From: Tagaea sp. CACIAM 22H2
Lineage (GTDB): Bacteria > Pseudomonadota > Alphaproteobacteria > CACIAM-22H2
Assembly: GCA_014444615.1 (NCBI GenBank)
Contig: PVXE01000018.1
Span: 246-64,245, forward strand
DNA: 64,000 nucleotides
Direction: 5' to 3'
A program made the translations under genes and the position numbers. The notes under the pieces are model-generated. The model searched no databases, had not been told where the DNA came from, and was given only the letters and a program-made list of their open reading frames with translations. This document shows positions 26,233-37,337 of the stretch, piece after piece. The number at the start of each line of letters is the position of its first letter. The stretch's first letter is position 1.

Positions 26233-27264
26233 ATGTTTCGTCGATTGGCGGCGTCGGCCGCCCTTATGCTTTGCTTCGCCGGTGCGGCTTCCGCCCAGCA
26301 ATTGACGCCGAGCCCCACGCTCGACGCCATCAAGGCCCGCGGCCATCTGGAATGCGGCGTCCATCTGGGCCTGCCCGGCTTCTCCTTCGCCGACGACAAG
26401 GGCGTGTGGCAGGGCATCGACGTCGATTTCTGCAAGGCGCTGGCCGCCGCCATTCTGGGCGACGCCACCAAGGTCAAGTACACGCCGACCTCGGTCCAGC
26501 AGCGTTGGCCGATCTTGCAATCGGGTCAGGTCGACCTGCTGTCGCGCAACACGACGATCACCTTCTCGCGCAACGCCTCGCTGGGCGTGAACTTCCTGGG
26601 CATCAACTTCTACGAAGGCCAGACGTTCATCGTCCGCAAGAAGGCGAACATCTCCAAGCCGGACGAGATGGACGGCGCCACGGTTTGCGTCGCGGCCGGC
26701 TCGACCGAAGAAAAGCAGGCGACCGATTGGTTCGCCGAGCGCGGCAAGAAGGTGACGATCGTCAACTTCCAGCGCAACGACGACGCCATCGCCGCCTACG
26801 ACGCCGAGCGTTGCGACGCCTACACCGCCGGCTTCGGCGCGCTGGCGGGCCAGCGTTCCAAGCTGAAGGCGCCGGACGATCACGTCATCCTGACGCAGCT
26901 GATCTCCAACGATCCGCAAGGCCCGACCGTGCGCTACGGCGACGAGCGTTATCAGGCGGTCGTGCGCTGGGTGCTCAACGGCATGATCGCCGCCGAGCAT
27001 TTCGGCATCACGTCGAAGAACGTCGACGAAATGCGCCGCTCCTCGACCAACGGCGAAGTCCGCCGCATCCTGGGCGTGGAAGGCAATTTCGGCCAGATGC
27101 TGGGCCTGTCGAACGACTGGCTCTACAACGCGATCAAGCAGGTCGGCAACTACGGCGAAAGCTACGAGCGCACGGTGGGCATGGATTCGCCCCTGAAGCT
27201 GCCGCGCGGTCCCAACCAGTTGTGGACCAAGGGCGGCCTGCTGTTCACCTCGCCGTTCCAATGA
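26233..27264 (+). CDS. aapJ: General L-amino acid ABC transporter binding protein (AapJ/BztA-like)
   Basis: GIDVDFCKALAAA, LQSGQVDLLSRNTT and IKQVGNYGE. Confidence 0.88.
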   Translation: MFRRLAASAALMLCFAGAASAQQLTPSPTLDAIKARGHLECGVHLGLPGFSFADDKGVWQGIDVDFCKALAAAILGDATKVKYTPTSVQQRWPILQSGQVDLLSRNTTITFSRNASLGVNFLGINFYEGQTFIVRKKANISKPDEMDGATVCVAAGSTEEKQATDWFAERGKKVTIVNFQRNDDAIAAYDAERCDAYTAGFGALAGQRSKLKAPDDHVILTQLISNDPQGPTVRYGDERYQAVVRWVLNGMIAAEHFGITSKNVDEMRRSSTNGEVRRILGVEGNFGQMLGLSNDWLYNAIKQVGNYGESYERTVGMDSPLKLPRGPNQLWTKGGLLFTSPFQ

Positions 27265-28427
27265 CAGCAGCGCTTCGGCGCTGGTTCTACGACGCCCGCG
27301 TCCGCGCCTGGATCTCCCAGGCCGCGGTCGCGGGCGCGATGTTTGGGACGATCTGGTATTTCGTCGCCAACGCGTCGGAGAACATGGTCAAAGCCGGCAT
27401 CGCGTCCGGCTTCGACTTCCTCTGGCGCACGTCGGGCATCGACGTTCCCTTCAAGATCGTCGACTACACGCCGCAGAACAATATCGTCGACCTGCTATGG
27501 GTTGGCGTTGCCAACACGCTGCTGGTCTCGCTGCTGGGCATGGCGCTCGCCACGATCCTCGGCTTCCTGATCGGCATCGCGCGGCTTTCGAAAAACTTCC
27601 TGCTGCGCGGTCTCGCCACCGGCTTCGTCGAGTTCGTGCGCAACATCCCGCTGCTGCTGTTCGTCTTCTTCTGGTATTTCGGCGTCATCCGCGCGCTGCC
27701 CCCGCCGCGCGATTCCTTCGGCGCCTTCGACACCTTCTTTCTGAATAATCGCGGGCTTTACGTGCCCGCCCCGACCGAAGGCCATCCTTTTGCCGCCGTG
27801 TCGGTCGCGTTCGCGATCGGCGTGGCGCTGTTCTTGGTCCTGCGCGCCTGGGCGGTGAAGCGTCAGGCCGCGACCGGGAAGATTTTCCCGATCTGGGCGG
27901 CGGGCACGGCGCTGATCGTCGGCGTACCGCTCGCCGCCGCGATCGTCGTGGCGTTGACGACGAGTTGGAGCGTGCCGGTGCGCGGCGGGTTCAATTTCCG
28001 CGGCGGCTTCGTGCTCGTCCCCGAATTCGTGGCGCTGCTCGCCGCCCTCGTCACCTACACCGCGGGTTTCGTGGCGGAAGTCGTGCGCGGCGGCATCCTC
28101 GCCGTCGGCAAGGGCCAGAAGGAAGCGGCCGCGTCGCTGGGCCTGACGCCCGGCCAGACGCTGCGCTTGATCGTGGTGCCCCAGGCGCTGCGCGTGATGG
28201 TGCCGCCGATGACCAGCCAATATTTGAACCTGCTGAAGAACTCGTCCTTCGGTGCCGCGATCGCATATCCGGAAATCGTCAGCGTGTTCATGGGCTCGGC
28301 CCTCAACGCTACCGGCCAGGCGATCGAGATCATCGCGATCACGCTGGCGATCTATCTGGTCGCGGGCCTAGCCGTATCGATGTTCATGAACTGGTACAAC
28401 GCGCGCATCGCGCTGGTGACGCGATGA
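27261..28427 (+). CDS. aapQ: Amino acid ABC permease (AapQ-like)
   Basis: VEFVRNIPLLL, AEVVRGGI and QYLNLLKNSS; ATGA coupling. Confidence 0.88.
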   Translation: MTAALRRWFYDARVRAWISQAAVAGAMFGTIWYFVANASENMVKAGIASGFDFLWRTSGIDVPFKIVDYTPQNNIVDLLWVGVANTLLVSLLGMALATILGFLIGIARLSKNFLLRGLATGFVEFVRNIPLLLFVFFWYFGVIRALPPPRDSFGAFDTFFLNNRGLYVPAPTEGHPFAAVSVAFAIGVALFLVLRAWAVKRQAATGKIFPIWAAGTALIVGVPLAAAIVVALTTSWSVPVRGGFNFRGGFVLVPEFVALLAALVTYTAGFVAEVVRGGILAVGKGQKEAAASLGLTPGQTLRLIVVPQALRVMVPPMTSQYLNLLKNSSFGAAIAYPEIVSVFMGSALNATGQAIEIIAITLAIYLVAGLAVSMFMNWYNARIALVTR

Positions 28428-29467
28428 AAGCGCTCGCCTGGGCCCGCGCCAATCTGTTCGCGACGTGGATCGACGCGGCGATCACCCTCGCCTGCATCTG
28501 GGTCGTGTGGCGCTTTCTGCCGCCGCTGCTCGATTGGACGATCTTCAAAGCGGCGTGGCTGGGCGACGACCGCTCGGCCTGCAGCGCGGGCGGCGCGTGC
28601 TGGGTGTTCATCCGCGCGCGTTTCGACCAGTTCATGTACGGGCTTTATCCGGCGGCGCAGACATGGCGCATCGATATCGCGGGCGCGCTGCTCGTGATCC
28701 TCGGCGTGTGGGCGGGCTGGCGGCGCTTGCCGGGCAAGCGATATGCGATCCCGGCCGTGCTGGTCGTCTATCCGTTCGTCGGGATTTGGCTGCTGCTCGG
28801 CGGCTTCGGCGGCTTGCCTTATGTCGAAACGCGCCAATGGGGCGGCTTGATGCTGACCGTGTTCATGACGGTCTATGCCGGCATCTTCGCCTTCCCGTTG
28901 GGCGTGCTGCTCGCCCTCGGGCGGCAATCGAATTTGCCGGTCATCCGCACGATCTCGGTCGCATTCATCGAGTTCTGGCGCGGCGTGCCGATCATCGCGG
29001 TGATCTTCCTCGCCTCGCTGCTGCTGCCGCTGATCTTGCCGATCAATGTCGACCGTTTGATTCGCGCGGTGGTCGGCCTCACGCTCGTCATCGCCGCCTA
29101 TATGGCCGAAGCGATCCGCGGCGGCCTGCAAGCCGTGCCCAAGGGCCAATACGAAGCCGCCGCCGCGCTGGGCTTGGGCTATTGGCGCGCGACGATCCTG
29201 ATCGTGCTGCCGCAAGCCTTGCGGATCTCGCTGCCGGCACTCGCCAACGAGTTCATCGCGTTGTCGAAAAACACCACTTTGGTGCTGATCGTGTCGCTTT
29301 TCGATCTGCTCGGCATCGTGCATGCTGCGTCGGCCGACCCCAAATGGGTCGGGTACAACGTCGAAGGCTACGTTTTCGCAGGCACGATTTTCTGGTTCGC
29401 GTGTTTCGCGATGTCGCGCTGGTCGGCGTCGCTGGAGAGGCGGCTGGGGGCCGCGCGCAGCCACTAA
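28424..29467 (+). CDS. aapM: Amino acid ABC permease (AapM-like)
   Basis: GACWVF, WGGLMLT, FIEFWRGVP and GQYEAA; ATGA coupling. Confidence 0.88.
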   Translation: MKALAWARANLFATWIDAAITLACIWVVWRFLPPLLDWTIFKAAWLGDDRSACSAGGACWVFIRARFDQFMYGLYPAAQTWRIDIAGALLVILGVWAGWRRLPGKRYAIPAVLVVYPFVGIWLLLGGFGGLPYVETRQWGGLMLTVFMTVYAGIFAFPLGVLLALGRQSNLPVIRTISVAFIEFWRGVPIIAVIFLASLLLPLILPINVDRLIRAVVGLTLVIAAYMAEAIRGGLQAVPKGQYEAAAALGLGYWRATILIVLPQALRISLPALANEFIALSKNTTLVLIVSLFDLLGIVHAASADPKWVGYNVEGYVFAGTIFWFACFAMSRWSASLERRLGAARSH

Positions 29468-29482
29468 TTCAAGGAGGAGCAC

Positions 29483-30238
29483 ATGAGCGCTGCCATCGAT
29501 CTTGCGGGCAAACGCGCGATCGTCACCGGCGGGGCGCGGGGCATTGGCCTCGCCATCGCGGGCAAGCTTCTGTCGGCGGGCGCTTCCGTCACCTTGTGGG
29601 ACCGCGACGCGCCGGCGCTGGACGCCGCCGTGAAGCGCTTGGCCGGTCAAGGCGACGTGTACACGGCCGAAGTGGATTTGACCGACGAGAACGCCGTCGC
29701 CGCCGCGACCAACCGTTCGGTCGGCGCGATGGGCGGCATCGATATTCTGGTGAACAACGCCGGCATCACCGGCCCCAACGCGACGACCTGGGAATACCCG
29801 GTCGCCGATTGGCGCAAGGTGCTGGAGGTCGATCTGACCGCGCCCTTCCTGTGCTGCCGCGCGACCGTGCCGCATATCGTGAAAGGCGGCTGGGGGCGCA
29901 TCGTCAACGTCGCCTCGGTCGCCGGCAAGGAAGGCAACCCGAACGCGCCCGCCTATTCGGCCGCGAAGGCGGGCTTGATCGGCCTCACCAAATCGCTCGG
30001 CAAGGAACTTGCCAAGTCGAACGTGCTGGTGAATTGCGTCACACCCGCCGTCGCCGAAACCGACATCCTGAAGCAGATGACCGAGGCGCATGTCGAATAC
30101 ATGCTGAGCAAGATCCCGATGGGCCGCTTCGTCCAGGTCGACGAAATCGCGTCCCTCGTGCTCTGGCTTTCCTCGCCGCTCTGCTCCTTCTCGACCGGTG
30201 CCGTTTTCGACATCACCGGCGGGCGCAGCACGTATTAG
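29483..30238 (+). CDS. SDR-family oxidoreductase
   Basis: TGGARGIG, NNAG and YSAAK. Confidence 0.93.
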   Translation: MSAAIDLAGKRAIVTGGARGIGLAIAGKLLSAGASVTLWDRDAPALDAAVKRLAGQGDVYTAEVDLTDENAVAAATNRSVGAMGGIDILVNNAGITGPNATTWEYPVADWRKVLEVDLTAPFLCCRATVPHIVKGGWGRIVNVASVAGKEGNPNAPAYSAAKAGLIGLTKSLGKELAKSNVLVNCVTPAVAETDILKQMTEAHVEYMLSKIPMGRFVQVDEIASLVLWLSSPLCSFSTGAVFDITGGRSTY

Positions 30239-31060
<822 letters not shown>

Positions 31061-31091
31061 CTAGAGTTGCCGAAACGCCGGGGAGGGAAAA

Positions 31092-32279
31092 ATGCGCAAG
31101 CTCGCCTTAATCGCCGCTTTAGCGGTTTTCCAGATATGCGCGGGTGTCCAGGCGCAGGACCGCAGTGTCGGGATCGTCGAAAAAAAGACATTCGCGATGC
31201 CGAGCTACACCACCGTCGGCGGCGCCACGATTCCCGATGTGAAGATCGGCTGGGAAAGCTACGGCCGCCTCAACGCCGCACGCGACAACGTGGTGATCGT
31301 GCCGCATTTCTTCTCCGGCAATTCCAATGCCGCCGGGCGCTATCGCGCCGATCAGCCCGCCCCGGGCTATTGGGATGCGATCATCGGGCCGGGCAAGGCG
31401 ATCGACACGGACAAGTATTTCGTCGTCTCGGCCGACTCGCTGGTCAATCTCAACACGCGCGACGGCGTCACGGTCACCACGGGGCCCGCCTCGATCGATC
31501 CTTCGACCGGCAAGCCCTACGGCATGCGCTTTCCCATCGTCACGATGCGCGACTTCGTGAACGTGCAAAAGGCGCTGCTCGATTCCCTAGGCGTCACGTC
31601 CGTTCACGCCGCCGTGGGCGCGTCGATGGGTTCGATGCAGGCGCTGGAATGGGCCGCCGCCTTCCCCGATTTCGTCAAACGCGTCGTGCCGGTGATCGGC
31701 GTGGGCGAAGCCGACGCCTATACGATCGCGCGCCTGGCGGTTTGGGCGCAGCCCATCCTGCTCGATCCCAATTTCAAGAACGGCGATTGGTATGGCGGGC
31801 CGGAGCCGACGAATGGGCTTGCCCTCGCGCTGAAGATGGTGACGCTCGACGCGCGCGCCCATGGCTGGGCCGACGCGACCTTCGGACGGCGCTGGGCGGA
31901 AACGACCAAGAACCCGCTCGCGTCGTGGGACAATCGCTTCGCGATCGACGCCACGCTCGACCAAGTTTCGCTCGCCCGCGCGCGCGTGTCGGACGCCAAT
32001 CATTTCGTCTATCTGGTGCGCGCGAACCAGCTGTTCGTGACCGGCCACCAGAACAATCTGGAAGAAGGGCTGGGCCGCATCAAAGCGCGCGCGCTATTCA
32101 TCCCCGCCGAGAGCGATTTGCTGCTGCTGCCCGGCTACGCGCAAAAAGCCGTCGATATCCTGAAGCGCCAGGGCAAACAGGCCGATCTCGTCGCCATTCC
32201 CGGCAATGGCGGGCATCTCGACGGCGTGCTGGCGATGACGCGCGTCGCCGACAAACTTAAGGCGTTCCTCGACGAATGA
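31092..32279 (+). CDS. Exported MetX-like alpha/beta hydrolase (E22-type esterase)
   Basis: Signal peptide; PHFFSG, GASMGS nucleophile, SD and GHLDG catalytic triad. Confidence 0.85.
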   Translation: MRKLALIAALAVFQICAGVQAQDRSVGIVEKKTFAMPSYTTVGGATIPDVKIGWESYGRLNAARDNVVIVPHFFSGNSNAAGRYRADQPAPGYWDAIIGPGKAIDTDKYFVVSADSLVNLNTRDGVTVTTGPASIDPSTGKPYGMRFPIVTMRDFVNVQKALLDSLGVTSVHAAVGASMGSMQALEWAAAFPDFVKRVVPVIGVGEADAYTIARLAVWAQPILLDPNFKNGDWYGGPEPTNGLALALKMVTLDARAHGWADATFGRRWAETTKNPLASWDNRFAIDATLDQVSLARARVSDANHFVYLVRANQLFVTGHQNNLEEGLGRIKARALFIPAESDLLLLPGYAQKAVDILKRQGKQADLVAIPGNGGHLDGVLAMTRVADKLKAFLDE

Positions 32280-32290
32280 AGGATGAAAGC

Positions 32291-33046
32291 ATGAATCCCG
32301 CCCAAATGTTCGATCTCAAAGGCCGCGTGGCGCTGGTCACCGGCGGCTCGCGGGGCATCGGCTATGCGATGGCGACGGCTTTGGCCGGGGCCGGCGCCAA
32401 AGTCGTGCTCGCCGCGCGCAACGAGGCCGAGACGAAAGCCGCGGCGGCCAAGATCGGCGGCGACGCCGAAGCCTTCGATGTGACGGACGAGGCAGCCGCG
32501 ATCGCCGCGCTCGACCGGATCGTCGCCAAGCACGGGCGGCTGGATATCCTCATCTCGAACGCGGGCTCGGCGATCCGCAAGCCGCTGCTTGAGTACCCGA
32601 CGTCGGATTTCGACGCGATTTTGGGTTCGCATTTGCGCGCGGGCTTCGTGCTCGGGCGCGAAGCGGCGCGCCGCATGGTGCCCAATAAATGGGGCCGCAT
32701 CCTTTACACCACGTCGCTGATGGCGCGCGCCGTACGGCCGCAACAAGCGGCCTATGCCTCGGCGAAAACGGGGCTGGAAGGCCTCGTCCGCGCGATGGCA
32801 ATCGAACTCGCCCCGCATGGCGTGCTGGTCAACGGCATCGCCCCCGGTTTCTTCGTGACCGATTTGACCAAGGGCCTGCACCAGACCGACGCGTTCCGCG
32901 CCCAGGTCGAAGCGCGGGCCCCTATCGGCCGCTGGGGCATGCCCGACGAACTTGCGGGCCCGGCACTGTTGCTGTGCTCGCCCGCCGGCAGCTACGTCAC
33001 CGGCACGGTGCTGGTCGTCGACGGCGGAACGTCCGTCGCGTTCTAA
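32291..33046 (+). CDS. SDR-family oxidoreductase (gluconate 5-dehydrogenase-like)
   Basis: TGGSRGIG, YASAK and PIGRWG; alternative start at 32276. Confidence 0.9.
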   Translation: MNPAQMFDLKGRVALVTGGSRGIGYAMATALAGAGAKVVLAARNEAETKAAAAKIGGDAEAFDVTDEAAAIAALDRIVAKHGRLDILISNAGSAIRKPLLEYPTSDFDAILGSHLRAGFVLGREAARRMVPNKWGRILYTTSLMARAVRPQQAAYASAKTGLEGLVRAMAIELAPHGVLVNGIAPGFFVTDLTKGLHQTDAFRAQVEARAPIGRWGMPDELAGPALLLCSPAGSYVTGTVLVVDGGTSVAF

Positions 33047-34129
33047 TCAGGTACTTGGCACGATCGACACGCCCGTGCGGGCGAGCGCCAGATAGGCGGT
33101 CGACCCCACGGGTTTCGGGTTGGCGACGTCGCGGTCGACGACGAACAATTCGCCGATCTCGGCGGCCAGCGTGTATTCCATATGCGTGCCCAGATACGCG
33201 GCCTTGCGGATCGTGCCGGGGATCGCCGGGCCTTGCGGGACCGACGCCGTCACGCTCAGCGATTCCGGCCGGATCGAGACCTTGCACGGACCCGGCTTCG
33301 TGCCGCGCGACGGCAATTCCAGCGACGTGACGCCGATTTTCACCAGCGCTTGATCGCCCGACACGCGCTCCACGGTCGCGTCGATCAGATTCGAATCGCC
33401 CATGAAATCGGCGACGAACAGGCTGGCCGGCGCTTCGTACAATTCGCGCGGCGCACCCATTTGCGCGATACGCGCGTTGGACATGACGATCACGCGATCC
33501 GACACGGCCAAGGCTTCCTGCTGGTCGTGCGTCACGTAAGCGACGGTCAGGTTCAGATCGCGCTGCAGGTCGCGGATATCCTCGCGCACGCGGCGGCGCA
33601 GCTTGGCGTCGAGATTCGACAACGGCTCGTCGAACAGCAGCACCTGCGGTTCCATCGTCAGCGCGCGGGCGACGGCCACGCGCTGCTGCTGGCCGCCCGA
33701 CAATTCCGACGGCAAGCGCAAATCGTAATCCTTGAGGCCGACCAGCGCGAGCTTCTGACGCGCGAGATCGTAGGCGTCGGATTTCTTCTGCCCCGCGACC
33801 GTCGGCCCATAAGCGACGTTGTCGAGCACGTTCATATGCGGGAACAGCGCGTAAGACTGGAACACCATCGACACGTCGCGATCGGCCGCGGACAAATTCG
33901 TGACGTCCTCGCCCGCGATGCGGATCTGACCTTCGGTCGCGATTTCAAGACCGGCGATCAAGCGCAGCGTCGTCGTCTTGCCGCAGCCCGAAGGTCCGAG
34001 CAGCGTGACCAGCGTGCCGGGCTCGATGGTGAAGGACACGTCGCTGACCGCCGCGACCGTGCCGTAGCGCTTGGTCACGTTGCGGAACTCGACCGAGGCC
34101 GGGCCCTTCTTGGTCGTGGATTTCGTCAT
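33047..34129 (-). CDS. ABC ATP-binding subunit (FbpC/AfuC-like)
   Basis: GPSGCGKT, LSGGQQQR and LLFDEP. Confidence 0.93.
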   Translation of the reverse strand: MTKSTTKKGPASVEFRNVTKRYGTVAAVSDVSFTIEPGTLVTLLGPSGCGKTTTLRLIAGLEIATEGQIRIAGEDVTNLSAADRDVSMVFQSYALFPHMNVLDNVAYGPTVAGQKKSDAYDLARQKLALVGLKDYDLRLPSELSGGQQQRVAVARALTMEPQVLLFDEPLSNLDAKLRRRVREDIRDLQRDLNLTVAYVTHDQQEALAVSDRVIVMSNARIAQMGAPRELYEAPASLFVADFMGDSNLIDATVERVSGDQALVKIGVTSLELPSRGTKPGPCKVSIRPESLSVTASVPQGPAIPGTIRKAAYLGTHMEYTLAAEIGELFVVDRDVANPKPVGSTAYLALARTGVSIVPST

Positions 34130-34145
34130 CGTGCGTTCCTATTCC

Positions 34146-36344
34146 TCAATGTCCGCCGAGGGCGGCGGCCGTCTGCTGGCCGCGCCGTCCGAGCTGCCGG
34201 CGTCCGACGCCGAGCTGAATGATTACGATCGCCAGCGCCATCACGCCGATCAGCACCGTCGAATAGGCGATGGCCAGCGCGAATTCGCCCGCCTCCACCC
34301 GGCCGACGATGTAAGCGGTCGCCATATTGTGGCGCGCGCTTACCAGGAAGATCACGGCCGACACGGCCGTCATCGCGTGCACGAAGCTGAACACCAGCGT
34401 GGCCACGATCGCGGGCCGCAGCAGCGGCATCACGACGCGGCGCACCGTGGTCGCGGTGCGGGCACCCAGCGTCAGCGACGCTTCGTCGAGGCTTTTGTCG
34501 ATCTGCGACAGCGCCGCCATGCCCGCGCGCACACCCACCGGCATGTTGCGGAACACGAAGCAGATGACGAGGATGAGCCCCGTGCCCGTCAGTTCCAGCG
34601 GCGGCACGTTGAACGCGACGATATACGACACGCCCACAACCGTGCCCGGAATGGCGAAGGACAGCATGGTCAGGAATTCGAAGGTGCGCTGACCCGCGAA
34701 TTTCGTGCGCGCCAGAATATAGGCGACGAGCAAACCCATGATGCCGGTGAGCGGAGCAGAAATCGCCGACACCTCGATCGTCGTCATCAGCGAATCCCAG
34801 GCGGAGCCCGAGAAGAACATGCCGCGCTCGGTCAGCTCCACGCGGAACGCGTCGAGATAATGGCGCCACGTGAATTCCAGATCGAAACGGCCGATATCGC
34901 GCACGAAGCCGCCGAAGATCACGATCGCATAGGTGATCAGCGTGAACGCCGCCCAGGGGATCGTCGTCCAATAAAGGACGCGCTTCAACGTGCGCGGCAG
35001 TTCCGCCGACAGGCCGGAATCGCCCTTACCGGTGACGGTCACGTAGCTTTGCCGCCCCAGCCAGCGCATCTGAATCCAGAAGGCGCCCAGCGTCATGATC
35101 AAAAGCAAGATCGCCAGCACCGCCGCGCGGCCGGGATCGTGCTGCGCACCGACGATGGCGAAGAAGATCTTGGTCGACAGCACGTCGAAATTGCCGCCGA
35201 GGACCAGCGGGTTCCCGAAATCGGCGAGGCTTTCGACGAAGCCGAGCAGGAAGGCGGCGGCAAGGCCGGGACGCAGCAGCGGCCACGTGACCGTGCGGAA
35301 GGTCTGCCAGCGCGACGCGCCCAGCGTCTGCGAGGCTTCCTCCAGCGACGGGCTGATCGCTTCGACCACGCCGATCATCACCAGGAACGCGACCGGGATC
35401 TGCGACAAAAGCTGCGAGATCAGCACGCCCGGTAGGCCGTAGATCCAGCGCGACGGCGGAATGCCGAACGCGACTTCCAGGAACCACGTGACGATGCCCG
35501 TGCGACCGAACAGCACGATGATGGCGAGCGAGATCACGAAAGGCGGCGTGATGATCGGCAGAATGGTGAGCGCGCGCAGACCTTTGCGCCAGGGCAGGCC
35601 CGTGCGCACCACGACCAGCGCGAAGGCAAGGCCCATCAGCGTGGACAAGGCGCCGGTCAGCACGCCCAGCAGCACGGTGTTGAACACCACGCCGCAGCGC
35701 GGGCCGCCGACCAGGCAATTGAGTTCCCAGATATCGTCGGCGAAGAAACGCCGCCAGAACAGATCGAACGCCAGATTGCCGTGTTCGTCGGTGACGGCCC
35801 CGGCCAGCATCGTGGCGATGGGGAAGAACACGAAAGCGAGGATCAGCGCGGTCGAAACGATGACCGAGCCCGCGATGAACGCGTCGCCGCGGAAATAACC
35901 GAGTGCGGCCACGCCCAGCGACGTCATCATCAGGAAGGCGAACAGCACGATCGTCGCCCCCCAGCCGAAGCCGTATTGCGACGTCTCGATTTGGCCGATC
36001 AGCGGCGCAAGCCAGGTCCATTGCAGACCGGTAATGCCGATGGCGAAGCCTTGCAGGAACGTATAGCCGATCCCGCCGAGACCCGCCGCGATGAGCAATT
36101 GGCCGAAGCGGCGATCTTCGCGCGGAAAAGCCAGCGCCACCCCGCCCAGCGCCACGAAAGGCAAAACGCCCCACAGCCACGGGCGATCGAAGGCCAGCGC
36201 GTAGAACAAAGCGCTGGCGCTGCGATCGTCGGGATAGTCGCGGACCCAGCCGAAACCGAAGAAACCGTCTTCGATCGCTTGCCAGGGCAGGAACAGAAAG
36301 GCGGTCAGGGCGGCGGCCGACCAGCCGGCAACGAGTTTACGCAT
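34146..36344 (-). CDS. Fused two-domain ABC permease (FbpB/AfuB-like)
   Basis: Two EAA loops (LEEASQTLGA, LDEASLTLGA) and ESLADFGNP; start MRKLV coupled to the denD stop. Confidence 0.9.
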   Translation of the reverse strand: MRKLVAGWSAAALTAFLFLPWQAIEDGFFGFGWVRDYPDDRSASALFYALAFDRPWLWGVLPFVALGGVALAFPREDRRFGQLLIAAGLGGIGYTFLQGFAIGITGLQWTWLAPLIGQIETSQYGFGWGATIVLFAFLMMTSLGVAALGYFRGDAFIAGSVIVSTALILAFVFFPIATMLAGAVTDEHGNLAFDLFWRRFFADDIWELNCLVGGPRCGVVFNTVLLGVLTGALSTLMGLAFALVVVRTGLPWRKGLRALTILPIITPPFVISLAIIVLFGRTGIVTWFLEVAFGIPPSRWIYGLPGVLISQLLSQIPVAFLVMIGVVEAISPSLEEASQTLGASRWQTFRTVTWPLLRPGLAAAFLLGFVESLADFGNPLVLGGNFDVLSTKIFFAIVGAQHDPGRAAVLAILLLIMTLGAFWIQMRWLGRQSYVTVTGKGDSGLSAELPRTLKRVLYWTTIPWAAFTLITYAIVIFGGFVRDIGRFDLEFTWRHYLDAFRVELTERGMFFSGSAWDSLMTTIEVSAISAPLTGIMGLLVAYILARTKFAGQRTFEFLTMLSFAIPGTVVGVSYIVAFNVPPLELTGTGLILVICFVFRNMPVGVRAGMAALSQIDKSLDEASLTLGARTATTVRRVVMPLLRPAIVATLVFSFVHAMTAVSAVIFLVSARHNMATAYIVGRVEAGEFALAIAYSTVLIGVMALAIVIIQLGVGRRQLGRRGQQTAAALGGH

Positions 36345-37297
36345 CAGGCGGCTTTCGGCATGTCGTCTTCGACGTAGTTGCGGATCAATTCGTCCATGGA
36401 CGTATCGGATTGGAAACCCATCTTGCGCGCGCGCTTGGAATCGAGACGCTTGGGCCAGCCCGCGACGATCTTGGCGATCATCTCGTCGCGCTTCCACTCG
36501 ATCAGATCGAACGCCTTCGCGCCGGAATGGCGCTTCAGGCCTTCGGCCATTTCGCCGACCGTGACGTCGAGCGAAGGCAGCATCAGCGAGCGGTTCCAGC
36601 CCCAATCCGACGACGGCAGATCATAGGCGCGCAAGAACGCTTCGATGCAGCGGCGCGGCGACAAGAGCGGCATCCACGCATCGGCCGAAACCGGGCAGAC
36701 GGCTTTCTGGCCCGCGAGCGGCTCGCGGATGATCGACGACGCGAAGGTCGACGCGGCAAGATTGGGCTTGCCCGGGCGCACGACGATCGTCGGCAAGCGC
36801 AGCGAGCGGCCGTCGAGATAGCCCTTGCGCGTGTAGTCGGCGACCAGCATTTCGCCCATCGCCTTCTGGATGCCGTAGGAGGTTTGCGGCGTCAGGCGGA
36901 AATCGTCGGGAATGACCTCGGGAAGATCGCCGCCATAGGTCGCGAGCGACGAGGCGAAGACGAGCTTGGCGGGCTTGGGCAAACGGCGCGCGGCTTCGAG
37001 CACGACGCGCGTGCCGTCGAGATTGACGCGGTAGCCCAGATCGAAATCGCGTTCGGCACCGGCGCTGACGACGCCTGCGAGGTGGAAGATGGCGCCCGTA
37101 TCCGGCGTGATCAGCTTGGCGATGGTCGCGGGATCGAAGACTTCGCCGACGACGACCTCGATGCGCGGGTCTTTCGGCGCGTCGCCCGGATCGACCACGT
37201 CGAACAGCACGATCTTCGTGATTTCCGAACGCGCCAGCAGCGCCTTGCCCAGCTTCTTGCCGAGCATACCCGTCCCGCCCGTCACCACCGCTTTCAT
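36344..37297 (-). CDS. denD: D-erythronate dehydrogenase-like extended SDR
   Basis: TGGTGMLG, HLAGVVSAGAE, SYGIQK and RPGKPNLAAS. Confidence 0.8.
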   Translation of the reverse strand: MKAVVTGGTGMLGKKLGKALLARSEITKIVLFDVVDPGDAPKDPRIEVVVGEVFDPATIAKLITPDTGAIFHLAGVVSAGAERDFDLGYRVNLDGTRVVLEAARRLPKPAKLVFASSLATYGGDLPEVIPDDFRLTPQTSYGIQKAMGEMLVADYTRKGYLDGRSLRLPTIVVRPGKPNLAASTFASSIIREPLAGQKAVCPVSADAWMPLLSPRRCIEAFLRAYDLPSSDWGWNRSLMLPSLDVTVGEMAEGLKRHSGAKAFDLIEWKRDEMIAKIVAGWPKRLDSKRARKMGFQSDTSMDELIRNYVEDDMPKAA

Positions 37298-37337
37298 AAA
37301 ACCGTCTCCTCCCGTCGCGTTTTTGTTCTAACTCAGC

